DNA of 57,038 bases, the filler included, from Piptocephalis cylindrospora (Eukaryota): assembly GCA_003614145.1 (NCBI GenBank). It is 3 parts of 3 records of this genome, joined end to end, with 100 filler letters (N's around TTAATTAATTAA, not from the genome) between each part and the next. Parts side by side here need not be neighbours in the genome. Positions count along the whole stretch, not along the records: positions 38,243 to 57,038 come from KZ987829.1; 2 more parts are not named here. One strand, 5' to 3'. Of this stretch, positions 46,235-57,038 are shown piece by piece. How positions within the stretch are numbered: the stretch's first letter is position 1; each line of letters opens with the position of its first letter. The notes under the pieces are model-generated. The model saw only the letters and a program-made list of their open reading frames with translations, did no database searches and was not told the origin of the DNA. The translations under genes were made by a program, and so were the position numbers.

Positions 46235-48915
46235 CTACCAGTGGGCAAGGAGACCTTGAAGGATAAAGCGTTCATAGGCCATACCCAGGTAAAAGGCAAT
46301 GACGACACTGATGAGAACCCCAACCACCTGAGCATCCTCAAACCCAGCCCATCGGACAATACGGACGGGTATTGTGGGTTTGGTGAAGGTGAGAGTACGA
46401 CGGTGACGGGTAATTCTCCTGCCTTGGATAGGATCATTGGACAGAGATGTAGGGTGTACCACCCATTTGACCTTGTTCTCCCCACTCAAGGGTCTACCAT
46501 GTGTCGAGAGAGGACTAGTGGAGGAGGAGATGAGGGCCGAGGTTTTGGGAGGTTCCTTACCATCCTTAGAGGCCACACGTTGTCGAAGGCCCCAAGGCCC
46601 CTCTTTCCCTCCCTCCAACTCAGTAGTAGGAGTGGAACAGAGCGTAGAGGCGCCAGGGGAAAAGGGTCTAGAGGAGGATGAGGATGTGGATGAAGAAGAG
46701 GAGTGACGGAGAGAAGATATGGAAAGACTCCTGGGCGTATTGGCGGGAACAGCTCGGCCAGACACGCGCACCACCACCGTCAGGTCCTTCCCATTCTCTT
46801 GCTCGTCCACACGGAGGACCACGAGGCGAAACCCACGGGGGATACGGTGAATTTCATAACTTCGACCTTCATATGCCTCCTTCCCCGTCCTTCCCTTAAC
46901 CTCGCCCACGGCTTTGACATACCAATCATTGCCCCAGGCTACAGGGACATGGACTTCACACCCACATCGGGCTGCCACGGGGTGGGGAGTAAAAGCGGCC
47001 TCCCAAAAGGCATCATCGGCACGATACCGCTCCCTCCGAAGGCCCAGGGTACTGCGAACTAGATAGGGAGGGGGGGCTCCATGCTCCTAGATATTCTCGG
47101 AGCCCATGCATGGCCTGGGCCATATGATTTAACCGAGAGGTCCGAGCCATGCTGGTGGGTAGGGAGCCACGGAGCCGGCCCTGCTCCACCCAAGTTACCT
47201 TTACCAATGGGGCTCCACCACTGGAGGGATGGGGCTGTTCCTGGAGGATCCAGGCGGAAAAGTCCAGGGAGGACCGGACGCGCCCGTTGTTCACAGGTAC
47301 ATCCGGGTCTTCACAGGAGGTGGTGAGGTAGACGAGAGATCCATCGAGCTGAGCGGCAAAATCAGTGGCTACACACTGGTCCCGTGCGCTGACTGGGAAG
47401 GCTCCCTTAAAATTCAGGACCTGAAGGTGGGACCGAGCAGGAGAGAGCTCACGAACCAGATGACCTCCTTCAAAGCGATCATCCCAGGCTTGGCGACAAT
47501 CCAGGGACCGAATCACCGTTGCCACCTCCTCTAACCTCACACCTTCCAGATCCAGGCTAGCCCGGAAGCAGGAAAGAGAGAGTTTGGATCCTTGAGGCGG
47601 GGTGAGGAGACAGTGGACCTGAACCCCCTCAGCTCCCTCAATTCCCAGGGTCCATTGGGTCGGGGAGGGTTTTGGAGCAGCAATAGCCTCCCTCGCTTCC
47701 TTTACCAAGCTCCATGCTTCGTGAAGACGACCGGAGTGGATGTGTTCTTCGGTTTTGGACATGGTAGAGGATAGGGAAGCCGGCGCGGTTTCCTGTCTCT
47801 TGGGTGCCTTGGGTCTCTCCAAGGCACCTGTTTGGCTAGATGGATAATGAATAAGGAAAGGGGTGTGAATCAATGCAAATTCCTGCAGCTTATCCACCCT
47901 ATCAAGATAATTACCCTTCAATGGGCCCAGACACTGTGGATGATTTTTCTTTCAATCTACATCAAGTCGAATTGCAGAAGCTGTCAGACGTCCGTTCTCT
48001 CCTCTGTACATATACAAAATGCGCTCATCCTAACAGTACTTACACTGGAACATTCTTGGAGGATACCTCCTTAGGGATGGAACCGTACTTACCCTGAAGG
48101 TACTTTTGAATTCGAAGAAGAACGAGAGGTCGACGAGCCATGACGGCACGAGCCAATGAACGAGGAATCCACGATCGAGCATTAATTTGGATGAGGTATG
48201 TAAGGCGAGTGCCCTCCCCATCTCCAGGGCAGGGGGTGAGGTAAAAGACGTGGAGGGAGAGATGACCACGAACATGCCCAGAACTAACAGGGATATCCGA
48301 GGAAGGGAGAGAAGTGGAGCAGAAGAGGATTTCCTTGGAGGTGGGCATGGATAAGTTTTCAAGAAGGACAAAATCCCGAATATTCACTCCGGGGATCGGA
48401 GGCTTCATGATCAGCCGAGTGAGGGAGGAGGAGGAGCCTGTGTCGGAAAGGTGCTCCCCACGGACGTACCAATCATCCCACAGCGATTTTTCCTTGATTA
48501 CCGACCACACCTGCGTAGGAGTTGAATTGGGAATGTCCAGCTGACCCCGATATATGGAGTGACGATCCTGAGCGGGACGATGCCTAGACACCTCCATGCC
48601 GGAAGGACCGTGCCGGATCAGGGTTTTCCATTCAGCAGACGGGATGGCCAGGGTTTTGACGGATCGAAGCGATAAGGAGGCGAGGCGGGCATCGTGGGAT
48701 CCAGATGTGGAGGAAATGGAGGTAGGGGTAGGTGGAGAACGAGTATCTTGGCCTGAATCCTCGGAGCCTGAATCCGTACGACTACTAGGAGAGGATGTGG
48801 TCAGGGATGGATCAAGGATGGTTAAATCTGGATCCGATTCCAAGGAAGAGAGGTGGGCCTCAGCGGTAGCTTTTTCAATACTCGTGTCCTTTGAGGAAGA
48901 GATGGATACAGTCAT
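46235..48915 (-). CDS. Tandem START-domain lipid-transfer protein with C-terminal TM anchor; apparent frameshift near 47070-47090
   Basis: START1 (LWDDWY..RDFVLL..GHVRG..TRLTYLIQINARSWIP), intron 48043-47836, START2 (RQAWDDRF..FPVSARD..GRVRS..VTWVEQGRLRGSLP). Coding then continues only in the +1 frame (EHGAPPPYLVR..VVGVLISVVIAFYLG) to the stop at 46235. Confidence 0.75.
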
Positions 48916-49533
48916 GGTGGGTGAATGGGAAACAGTACGTTGTTGGAATCAGGGTGGGTTAGGGAAAGGGATTGAAGAGAAGAGAAGAACGTTAGGTGGG
49001 AAAAGAAAGGGTAAAGTAGGGAGGAGGGTAAGAGCCGGTGGAATGAAACAGGCGGTCCTGCAAGAGGGAGTGGAAATGGGACTGAATGAAGGGGGAAGGA
49101 CGAGGGAATAATAGCAGGAGAAAGGGGTAACTGGAAGTGCAAAAGAAGGAATGGAAGGTGAGTGAATGGCCTCTCATCCTGCCTCCCATGCCTTTATTGT
49201 CATAGGTGATACCCAAATCACCATTGTATTTTCGCGCGCCAGAATCATAGTAGAGATTTGCGGCGGAGTTTCTATCGGAGTAAGGGCGTATGGAGCGTGG
49301 AAGGGGCGCGTTTGAGCCGAGTCTCATTCTCTTCCAGCTTGTACCACGATACTAAAGTCAATTCATCCCGAAGGATTGGGAAACTACCTAAATGATAAAG
49401 GTACCCATACAACTGGGACATTTCACGCTCTCTGATCAAAGGGGCTATCATGCTTAATTATCCACTGAAAACGTGTCATGATAAATCAGAAAAAAAAGCT
49501 ATATCCAGAGATGCAAAATAGTAACATTCATTA

Positions 49534-49588
49534 CCCAATAGCCAGGCATAAAAAGGTCTGCGCGCATTGATCTAGTAAGGAAACAAAG
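49534..49588 (+). repeat. 55-bp sequence duplicated exactly at 56984-57038 (copy 1, ELL 3' flank)
   Basis: cccaatagccaggcataaaaaggtctgcgcgcattgatctagtaaggaaacaaag is present at both positions. Confidence 0.95.
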
Positions 49589-49609
49589 CTCCACATCATT
49601 GCACAGGAA

Positions 49610-52472
49610 TTACCATTTCTCTCCTCGATGCCTCCGTCGCCTCTTGATAGTACCCCCACGTCTACTTCGTTTGCGTGAGTCTAAAAAGGCCGGTGGAGGA
49701 CCATTCACCACCTCCCAGCCATTGACCCGACATGCCTCCCAACTGGCCCGCTTTGCCTGGATTAGCCAGGATTCCAAGGCCTTACCCCTCCTCCACTCCC
49801 AAATGGCTGCGGGAGACATGATGGCATTTCCGGTCATGATACGTTTCTGACGACCCTCGGCCGTTTCCCCTTCTATGATCAGAGGGCCACTGCCATCATC
49901 ATCATCATCGTCATAATCATCAGGAGATGCGCCGTGCATCGAATCGTCGTCCTCGTCACTTTCACCTCCATCGCTTCCATCATCATCAGTATGCAGCTCG
50001 TCCCCTGCCCTTGGCCTTCCTTCCTCTCTATCATTCACTGGGTGAGAGGACCAATTTTCGATGGGGTTCCCTGCTTCCTGTGCCGCCGTCACCCGGTCCG
50101 CCAGACGCTGACGGACCGATGTGTATTCTGATAGATTCTCTCGAAAATCGGCAAACAGTCGCTCCAGGTCCGCTTGAGTAGTAACCTTTGGGGATCGAAG
50201 ACCAATATCTGGGCTGGGCCAGTCCAATTCGGCCTCTGTCATCTCAAGTACTCGACAAGGGCCTAGCTCCTCGGGTGACATTTCTCTCTTTTCTACCTCC
50301 TCCTCTTCATCCTCTTCATCCCCCTCTTTTTCATCTTCTCCCTTCACTTCATCCTGGGTCGCCTCACCATCTTTAAGAACAGAAGTGGTATTTCCATGCC
50401 ATCTTCCTTCATCATCATTTGGCAAACGAGAGATGTTGCGCTCGTTTCTTTCCTTCCAGGGCCCGCTCCCATCCACCACTGTGTCATGAGATACCCCAGG
50501 CTCTTGACCACGTCGTTGGCCGCCTCCAACCGCATCTCTTCGCCTCGCCCCGTCAGATTCGACTTCAGGAGAGGACCGCAGAGGTCTTCTTTCCTTTAAC
50601 CCGGGACCTGAGGAGACCTTGGCCCTTCCATCCCTCCCCTCCTGTTGGCCTTCCTTTTTGAAGTCTCTAACACCTTCGTTTACCTTGACTGTACCAGGCC
50701 ATTGCTCTGAGTCTTTACTTCGTGCAGCCAGTCGCCTTTGTATCTCCGGAGCCCCGTCACTAGAGTACCCTTCCCGATCATCCTCCCAGCCAACAGGGCC
50801 ACGTTGTCCTGAGTCCCTTTGAGAGGGGCTAGTCGCTGAGAAGGGCTTATCTAAGTCCTTGTCTAAATCTGAGCGTTTTCGGGAAGAAGCAGAGGCCCGT
50901 GCCATGTCCATCCCCCCCTCTCCCTCACTCAAAGCACCACTTCGATCATTTTCAGCGTTTAGTCGATTGATAGCCTTATTGACCCGCTTGATCGGAGAAT
51001 CGTCGGTCTTGGCCGAGGATCGACCGCTGGTTGGTGGGTCAATAGGAAAGGTTGCTGCGGAGGAAGACTCCTGCCGGTCCTCCTTTTCCCCCATCGTTAC
51101 ATCACTCGTTCTCGAATCTAGGGAAGGCGGCTTGGCAGACCTTTGGCCTCCGCTAAAAGTAGCCTTGGGCGGGGTAAAGGTAGCCGGGGCTCCATTCAAA
51201 GATGATACAGGTCTTTTGGTTTTTTTCCCTTTTGCTTCCATATCCCTACTAGACATGGTGGTGATTTTAGTCCCGGACCCATCAGTTTCCCCTGGTGCAT
51301 TTTTCTCTGCCGCAGCGGCAGCAAGCCTCTTTCGCTTTTGCTCCTCCTTGGCCGCTGCCGCTCTCTTTGCCTTGAGCTCCCCAAGAGCCCCGCCCCGACT
51401 GCGTCGGCCTACTCCCAGAGCTCCTGGGGCAATCCTCGAGCCCGTCTGAACACCACTAGGGCCAACAGATCCCGAAGGATCCACTCCATCTCCAGATGGA
51501 GGGTAGGGTGGGGCAATAGCGGAAGAATTAGAAGATCCAGAGGCGGAAGGTCCAAGGGCGATAGGTGGTGCTTCCTCCGCTATGCGCTCTTCGGCTTCAC
51601 GAACCTTATCCCATATCGCATCGTTAACCGGGACGCGCAGAGCTTGAAGCGTACTCCTCTGCACTTCTACTGCAGCCTTTCTCTCCGCCCTGGACCAGTG
51701 CTTCCAATCAGGCTGGATAGATCTCCATTGGTCTTGCCGTAAGCGCCAAACCCGATCAATCATCGTAAACTTGCCAATCTATCAGGGAGCTTAATTAGTA
51801 AGTGAATGGAGCAATTATTCGGGATTACATATGCCGGAGGCAACCCACCTCAAGCAAAGTCTGCTGACAAGCATTTCTCCCCATGCCTGATCGCTCCCGC
51901 AAAGGGGTAAAATCCATTCCGACTCGGCCAGCCCCCGCAAGGATGTGCATCAAATGAACACGGTCCTTGGAACCTTCTGGAGCCGCCTTATCCCCACCCG
52001 CATCTGTGGAGGGATTTACTTTTCCTGGAAGATTTCTAGAGGAGGACGTTGGAGTCGCCTTTATAGGTATGGTGGACCGTTTGGTACGGGACGCTGCTTC
52101 GCCTGGACGTATCTCCATCGTCTGCCTCTTGGGCTTTTCCGCTTCCGCAATTCGTTTGGCCCGGGTTATATCAGCCTCGGTGAGTCCCTCTTTTCGAATA
52201 GCCAAACGTTGGGGTAGCACGCTAATTCCAGCGCCAAAATCGCCCCGCGAAAGAACATTGGTGGAAGGTGCAGTGATGCGGGCAGGAACAACCGAGAACC
52301 TCTTCCCTCCCACCACCAGGTTCATTGACCGGGGGTTAGAGGATTGGACATCCACCTTGATACTATCCCCAGCCGCCTGAGCCTTGCGTAGAGCAGTCAA
52401 AGCCTCTGGGGTCAAACGGAAAGACCAGGCCTGTTGCGGGGCTGATGGGTCGATGGGTGGCACCTTCGACAT
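49610..52472 (-). CDS. ELL: RNA polymerase II elongation factor ELL-like protein, 2 exons
   Basis: N-terminal FRLTPEALTAL, central RVHLMHILA..QTLLEIG..WRLRQDQWRSIQPDWKHWSRAER (compare ELL RVIHLLAL..YTLKD..LQRDWPGYSE) and C-terminal occludin/ELL-like VTTQADLERLFADFRENLSEYTSVRQRL. Intron 51848-51779. Confidence 0.72.
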
Positions 52473-53086
52473 GATGTAACAGTGATGAGAGAGAGTGATG
52501 CAAGGGCGAGAGTGGGGGGATGTCGAGAAGGAAGATATGTTGTTAAAATGAAGCGCAATGGAGGAAAAGATACTGAAAAGAAGAATATGGAGTAACGCAG
52601 TCAGCATAATGTTGTTTAAGGGGGGTAAGCAAAAGCCTCATATTTATAGTCCGCAGTGGTCATTGGTCCACCCCGCTTGTGGACCTCCCATCTCCATTCT
52701 GGTGTCTGATCTGAGTAAAGGCCATCACCATGAACCATACCCCTCTAGTGAGGTAGCTGATTAAATATATTGGAAGGCATTTTAAAGGTAGCCGATAATC
52801 ATGGCATAATTAATCCTGGAAGAATGCCAATGTCATGACCTCGGCAGGCTACCAGTCAAGGGTGAACTTGGAATAATCAGGATCCACCGCGGCAGCCATC
52901 CGCCCATCCAGAGACAACGCGACAGAATGGCTGTAGTAAAAAAGATTAAGGAGAACGGCAAAAGGTCGAAAAAATGGTTTATTGCGCTAGGAGAAATAAA
53001 GTACCATGTCTCTTGGGGAATCCCCTTAAAATACTGGTGAATATCCTAATGGCTCGAGAATCGGGAAAGATATAAATTTAAATCGA

Positions 53087-53710
53087 TCAGGGCCTCTTAA
53101 TCGCGCCAACAGATTCGGAAGCCCAGATGGCCTCCAGGCTGTTGCAGTTCGTAAGGACTAACGGAGTGATGAATTTTGTAGGGTGCGCGGTTATGTTGGC
53201 AGTAGCAGGGGCCAAGCAACTTTGCTCACCCTTTGGAGAAAATGTCCAACCAACGACCTGTTCAGAAGCCAGAGCATATCGGACAATCCAGGATTGCGAA
53301 GGAGTCGTATTCTTGGAGCACTTGGTGCTCTGAATAGCCCCTGTACTGCTGCTCTTGGTATAGGTTAGACACGAGTTTGCTCCATTAGCGTTGGTGGTTA
53401 AATGCACCTGATTGACATAGTTGCTCCGGACTTGATTGGTCACTGAGAGAATGCTAGAGGCATTGCCGTCGTTCAACGAAATGGGGGACTGAGAGGATAG
53501 CGCACCCAGGACATTGCTCTTTGGCATCTGAACCATGTATTGACCCATGGTGGCCGAATAAAACCGGGTATTGCCAAAGCCCTTAAACGTAGGAACTTTT
53601 ATATCCGAGTAGTACCGAAAAGCAGTAGGGGTAGCATCCTGGGCCCCAGCCGTGTTTGAAAAATCCAAAGCTGTGATGGCTAGGAGAAGGAGGGAGGTGG
53701 GGAAATGCAT
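53087..53710 (-). CDS. Secreted ricin-B (beta-trefoil) lectin-like protein, intronless
   Basis: Signal peptide MHFPTSLLLLAITALDFSNTAGA, then Cys-paired ricin-like subdomains SCLTY..TKC..SQSW and SCLAP..LTNC..AIW. Confidence 0.65.
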   Translation of the reverse strand: MHFPTSLLLLAITALDFSNTAGAQDATPTAFRYYSDIKVPTFKGFGNTRFYSATMGQYMVQMPKSNVLGALSSQSPISLNDGNASSILSVTNQVRSNYVNQVHLTTNANGANSCLTYTKSSSTGAIQSTKCSKNTTPSQSWIVRYALASEQVVGWTFSPKGEQSCLAPATANITAHPTKFITPLVLTNCNSLEAIWASESVGAIKRP

Positions 53711-55051
53711 TTAAAAGCTGGAATGAAAATGGTGATGGAGGTGGAGATGGATGATAGGAAGGAAGGGTATGCTGGCAACGATCGACGCTGCACAGAGAGG
53801 GGCGAAAGAGAGATGGATTGAGGGTAGGGGAAGTGGAAGACAAAGGAAAGAGTGTGAAGAGGCAGAAAATGTAGTATGAAGTGAAATATCGTCCAGGAAA
53901 TAGTCTGAGCCACCTTAATAATAAGGAGTGTGTGTCTCCAGGACCCAGGCTACACTCATCCTCATCTGGGAAGAGTGTTATGGCAATCCTCCGCGCTCAT
54001 TGGATGGCTGAACATCCGATAAAACTGGTGTTTGTATTATTTACAGCTCCGCACTTCTTGGAAGTGATCCTATTGGTCACGACCAAGGGCAATGTGAAAC
54101 CTTGGAAGGAAAGGGGAAATACTCCAAAAATAGTCGGACTAATGATGCTCCACTACTACTCCTGGTAATTCTAGCTCACCTTTGTATGAAATATAGGATG
54201 AGGTACAGGGTTCTCTGGATTTATAGGATAGATTCAAGGTTCTCCAGACTACAGTACGGAATCAATATTATACGTATTTCCAAATGGGCATCGCAAGAGA
54301 CAAAGGAACAAGACCGCAGCCGCCTGCGTTACGATATAATAAATAATGCATGTTGCTTTGATTGGATGGTGAATGGCATGATACAGCAGCAGCAGTAGTA
54401 AACAGCGAAATGCGGTGGGGAAAAGTATAATCTTCCCTTTTTTCTAAATGTCGTCACAGAGTCGTTTCAAAAATATTCAGAAACTTTCCTCACAATATCG
54501 TCGTTTCCTCCATGGATCTTCCAATCCCCCTATCCTCCCTTTAGTATCCTTCATTAACATAATACAGCGCTCTACAAATACTCATTCGAATTCAGAAAAG
54601 CGGTAGCAAATCAAGTATATTTTGGGCTAATAACAATTCATCCTCTTTTCTATGTTCACAATTTTTGGCCAATACATTGCATCTTCTCTCTCCCTCTACT
54701 CTGTTCAGTAGTGTAGCGGTTTGCAAACGAATACCCGTAATTTTATTTTCCAAGTTCGATGCCAACAGCATACATTCATTTGCTTCTCATGGTTCATATC
54801 GAGTCCGGATATATTTTTGTAGGAAGCTGTACACTGGCCGCATAAATGATGAAGGTAATCATCATTGAGGCCACGTCCAACATCAACCTTACTATTAGCA
54901 GCGCACAAGGCCCATGACATCGACAAACATACTTCTCATGGCAAATGTACTGGGCTCTTCCTAGCGGTCTCTCTCTCAAGAAGCAATCTTACGGAAAGGA
55001 ATACATAAAAAGCAGAAGGGAAGAAAGACAATAACTCTATTCCAAAGGGTT

Positions 55052-55988
55052 CTAAGCACTGGCCTTCTTGGCCTTCTTCTTTACTCGCTTCGCTTCCTTA
55101 ACTACGACTGCACCCATGTCCTCATCCTCCTGCTCTTCCTCGTCCTTCTTCTTCAATTTGCTCTTTTTGGGGGATTTTTCCGTCTTAGTGGAGTCATCAT
55201 GCTTTCGCTTACGCAGATCGTACTTGGTTACTATTGTTTGTGGAGGAACCAGATGAGTAAGACAAAGATTAACGTCTCACTTCTGCCATCATCATGAAAT
55301 CTCGCCCTCTCTTACCTGGAGTGAAGGGGCTACCGCTAAACTGATCCTTCATCCCTTCAGGTTGGGCACGGATGACAGGGAGAGCTTGTTTAAGAGCCTC
55401 TCCCTTGGTGGAGACATCTGGCTCATCCACCTTACGCGCTACGATAAAAGATCTACTAATCTGCTTGGCTGAAACAGTAACCTGTCCATCCTTAGCATGA
55501 TCAGGGAGGAGAAGGACGAGGTTGGACATCTCCTCACCTCCTACTTCGGATTGATCCTTGAGCGGTTTCACCTCGTACTTGCATGCCTCATTTCCTCGCT
55601 CTAGAAGCCACTTTCCAGCAACAGGAGCGTCTAGCTCCAATTTTAACCCATCCACCGAGTTAATGGACAGCTGTAGAAGGAAAGAGATGAGATTGTGACT
55701 ATTTGGACACTGGGCCATCTATCTGGCACTTCTCTATCTAGATAGCCTAGAGAAAGCGCATTCATATGCACCTACCGATGGGGGAAGACGAAGAAGGACT
55801 AGCTCCGTAGTGTCATCAGCTACGTCCTCCACGTCAAAATGAAGAGAACGACCCTTGACTGGCTCAAAGGCGGCTGGAGGAGTCCAGTTATAATTTTTTC
55901 TAGGGGGTTAGAAAGGGTAAGACATGAGTAATTCGGTTGTTAGAAAAACGCTTTTAAAGAAAGGGCAACATCCTTACTCTGAAGACAT
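55052..55988 (-). CDS. RPA34: RNA polymerase I subunit Rpa34/PAF49-like, 4 exons
   Basis: MSSEKNYNWTPPAAFEP..TELVLLRLPPSLSINSVDGLKL..LVLLLPD..RAQPEGMK plus a Lys-rich tail. Introns 55977-55900, 55775-55671 and 55315-55231. Confidence 0.75.
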
Positions 55989-56983
55989 TGGCACGAGAAG
56001 ATGGTCAACAGACGGGATGGAAGGAGTGAAAGGCACAAAAAAAAAAGAAAGCGTGGCTCGCCAGACCGCCTATTGCAAGAACATTAGCGGTGATCTTAGT
56101 GCATCCCTCCACTTCAGACCGTGCACTCAGAGAGGTATCCCTTCTCATACTTTGTAGCAAAGTGAGTGTGCTGGAAAGAAATGCTCAAAATGACTTTTCC
56201 AAAAATCGTCCTGCACTGCACTGCATTACCACAAGCCCAAACTTGACTGTATCTTATAAAATTAGCATATTTCACACCCTCCTTTCTACACTTGCCTACC
56301 AACAAGATAGTCTCTCTGCCATCTTCAGTAATCATTAGGTTACAAAGGCGAAGTCATACTATCACATAAGATACCTTCTTGGTTAATTGTTCATAGGATT
56401 TTATAGGTTGTCGTTGTTGTTTAAACCATTTTATTTTCCCTAGTGGGGTAGGCGCTAAAGGCATCCGAGCACATAAACCCGCCTCATTCAGCCGGCCTGC
56501 GTGGTACTAGAACCATAGGTTTTTATGAATCCATCAGCTTATTTCCTTTAATGCAGGTCCCTTACCATCGGCACTCAGCATGATATAGAATCAATATGCA
56601 TAGCATTAGCCATCGGCTACCAAATCAATTATTCTCATTCTTTTTGCATATACTCTAAGTCTCTAAAAACATTCATCCGCTCGTATAAATATCGTGTGAA
56701 AGTCCAAAGGTGAAATCAACCATTATCGGTCAACATTGTATGTCGTTCGTGTAAAAACGTAATTGTTTCGGCTAGTTCAGCATGCCACGCGTTGTTGACA
56801 TTTTCCACCTTCCTGTCCACATATCCCACACCCCACGCCTTCCCTTCCTTCGTTCCTTCGTTCTTTCATTCCTTCTTTTCGTTCGCCGCCACACACGTAA
56901 TACTCTCCTGCGCCCTCTCTTTCCCACTCCTCCTTCATATCACGCTTGTGGGCTTGCCTATGTTTGGCCAGTCTTCCGATCCT

Positions 56984-57038
56984 CCCAATAGCCAGGCATA
57001 AAAAGGTCTGCGCGCATTGATCTAGTAAGGAAACAAAG
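56984..57038 (+). repeat. 55-bp duplicate of 49534-49588 (copy 2, at the window end)
   Basis: Exact direct repeat running to the last base of the window. Confidence 0.95.

Noticed and set aside
48085..48093. Strong GTAAGT donor after START1 (minus strand, 48092)
   Set aside because: Its phase does not match the acceptor at 47836. The donor at 48043 gives an in-frame join.
53720..55040. AT-richer intergenic stretch with short ORFs as a possible transposon relic or ncRNA
   Set aside because: I found no terminal repeats, transposase or RT motifs, or recognisable RNA structure.
1..57038. CRISPR arrays, rRNA, prophage or prokaryotic defence systems
   Set aside because: The sequence is spliceosomal-intron-containing fungal DNA with no regularly spaced repeats or such genes.

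Overview
Gene-dense eukaryotic DNA from a fungus, with short GT-AG introns of mostly 65-125 nt. The gene complement (YbeY, MBIP, ELL and a CEP192-like gene beside typically fungal Sec7, Mep and GCN2) points by inference to an early-diverging, non-Dikarya lineage, possibly a zoopagomycete such as Piptocephalis. The window is three contigs joined by two artificial 100-nt spacers (N44-TTAATTAATTAA-N44 at 19084-19183 and 38143-38242), so adjacency across them is not biological. Contig 1 carries GST, calnexin, GPN3, an MBIP-like gene, a peroxisomal HSDL2-like SDR, RRP42, tRNA-Val(AAC), RPT2, an ankyrin protein, an RFC small subunit and a truncated ERO1. Contig 2 carries an ammonium transporter, YbeY, SEC7, a CEP192/Spd-2-like gene, a membrane coiled-coil protein and a truncated GCN2. 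Contig 3 carries a PUL-like 3' fragment, a BTB-BTB-CAP-Gly protein, a large secreted orphan, an orphan 7TM protein, a tandem-START protein, ELL, a secreted ricin-B-like protein and RPA34. The best leads are the CEP192-like scaffold, the BTB/CAP-Gly fusion, the MBIP-like ATAC subunit, two genes needing a +1 frame change beside CCC-CCC, an ARE/Maf-like motif cluster upstream of the GST, an intron-split start codon, and a group of candidate host-interaction genes. I saw no transposons, CRISPR arrays or rRNA. All family calls come from recognising motifs by eye, not from database searches.
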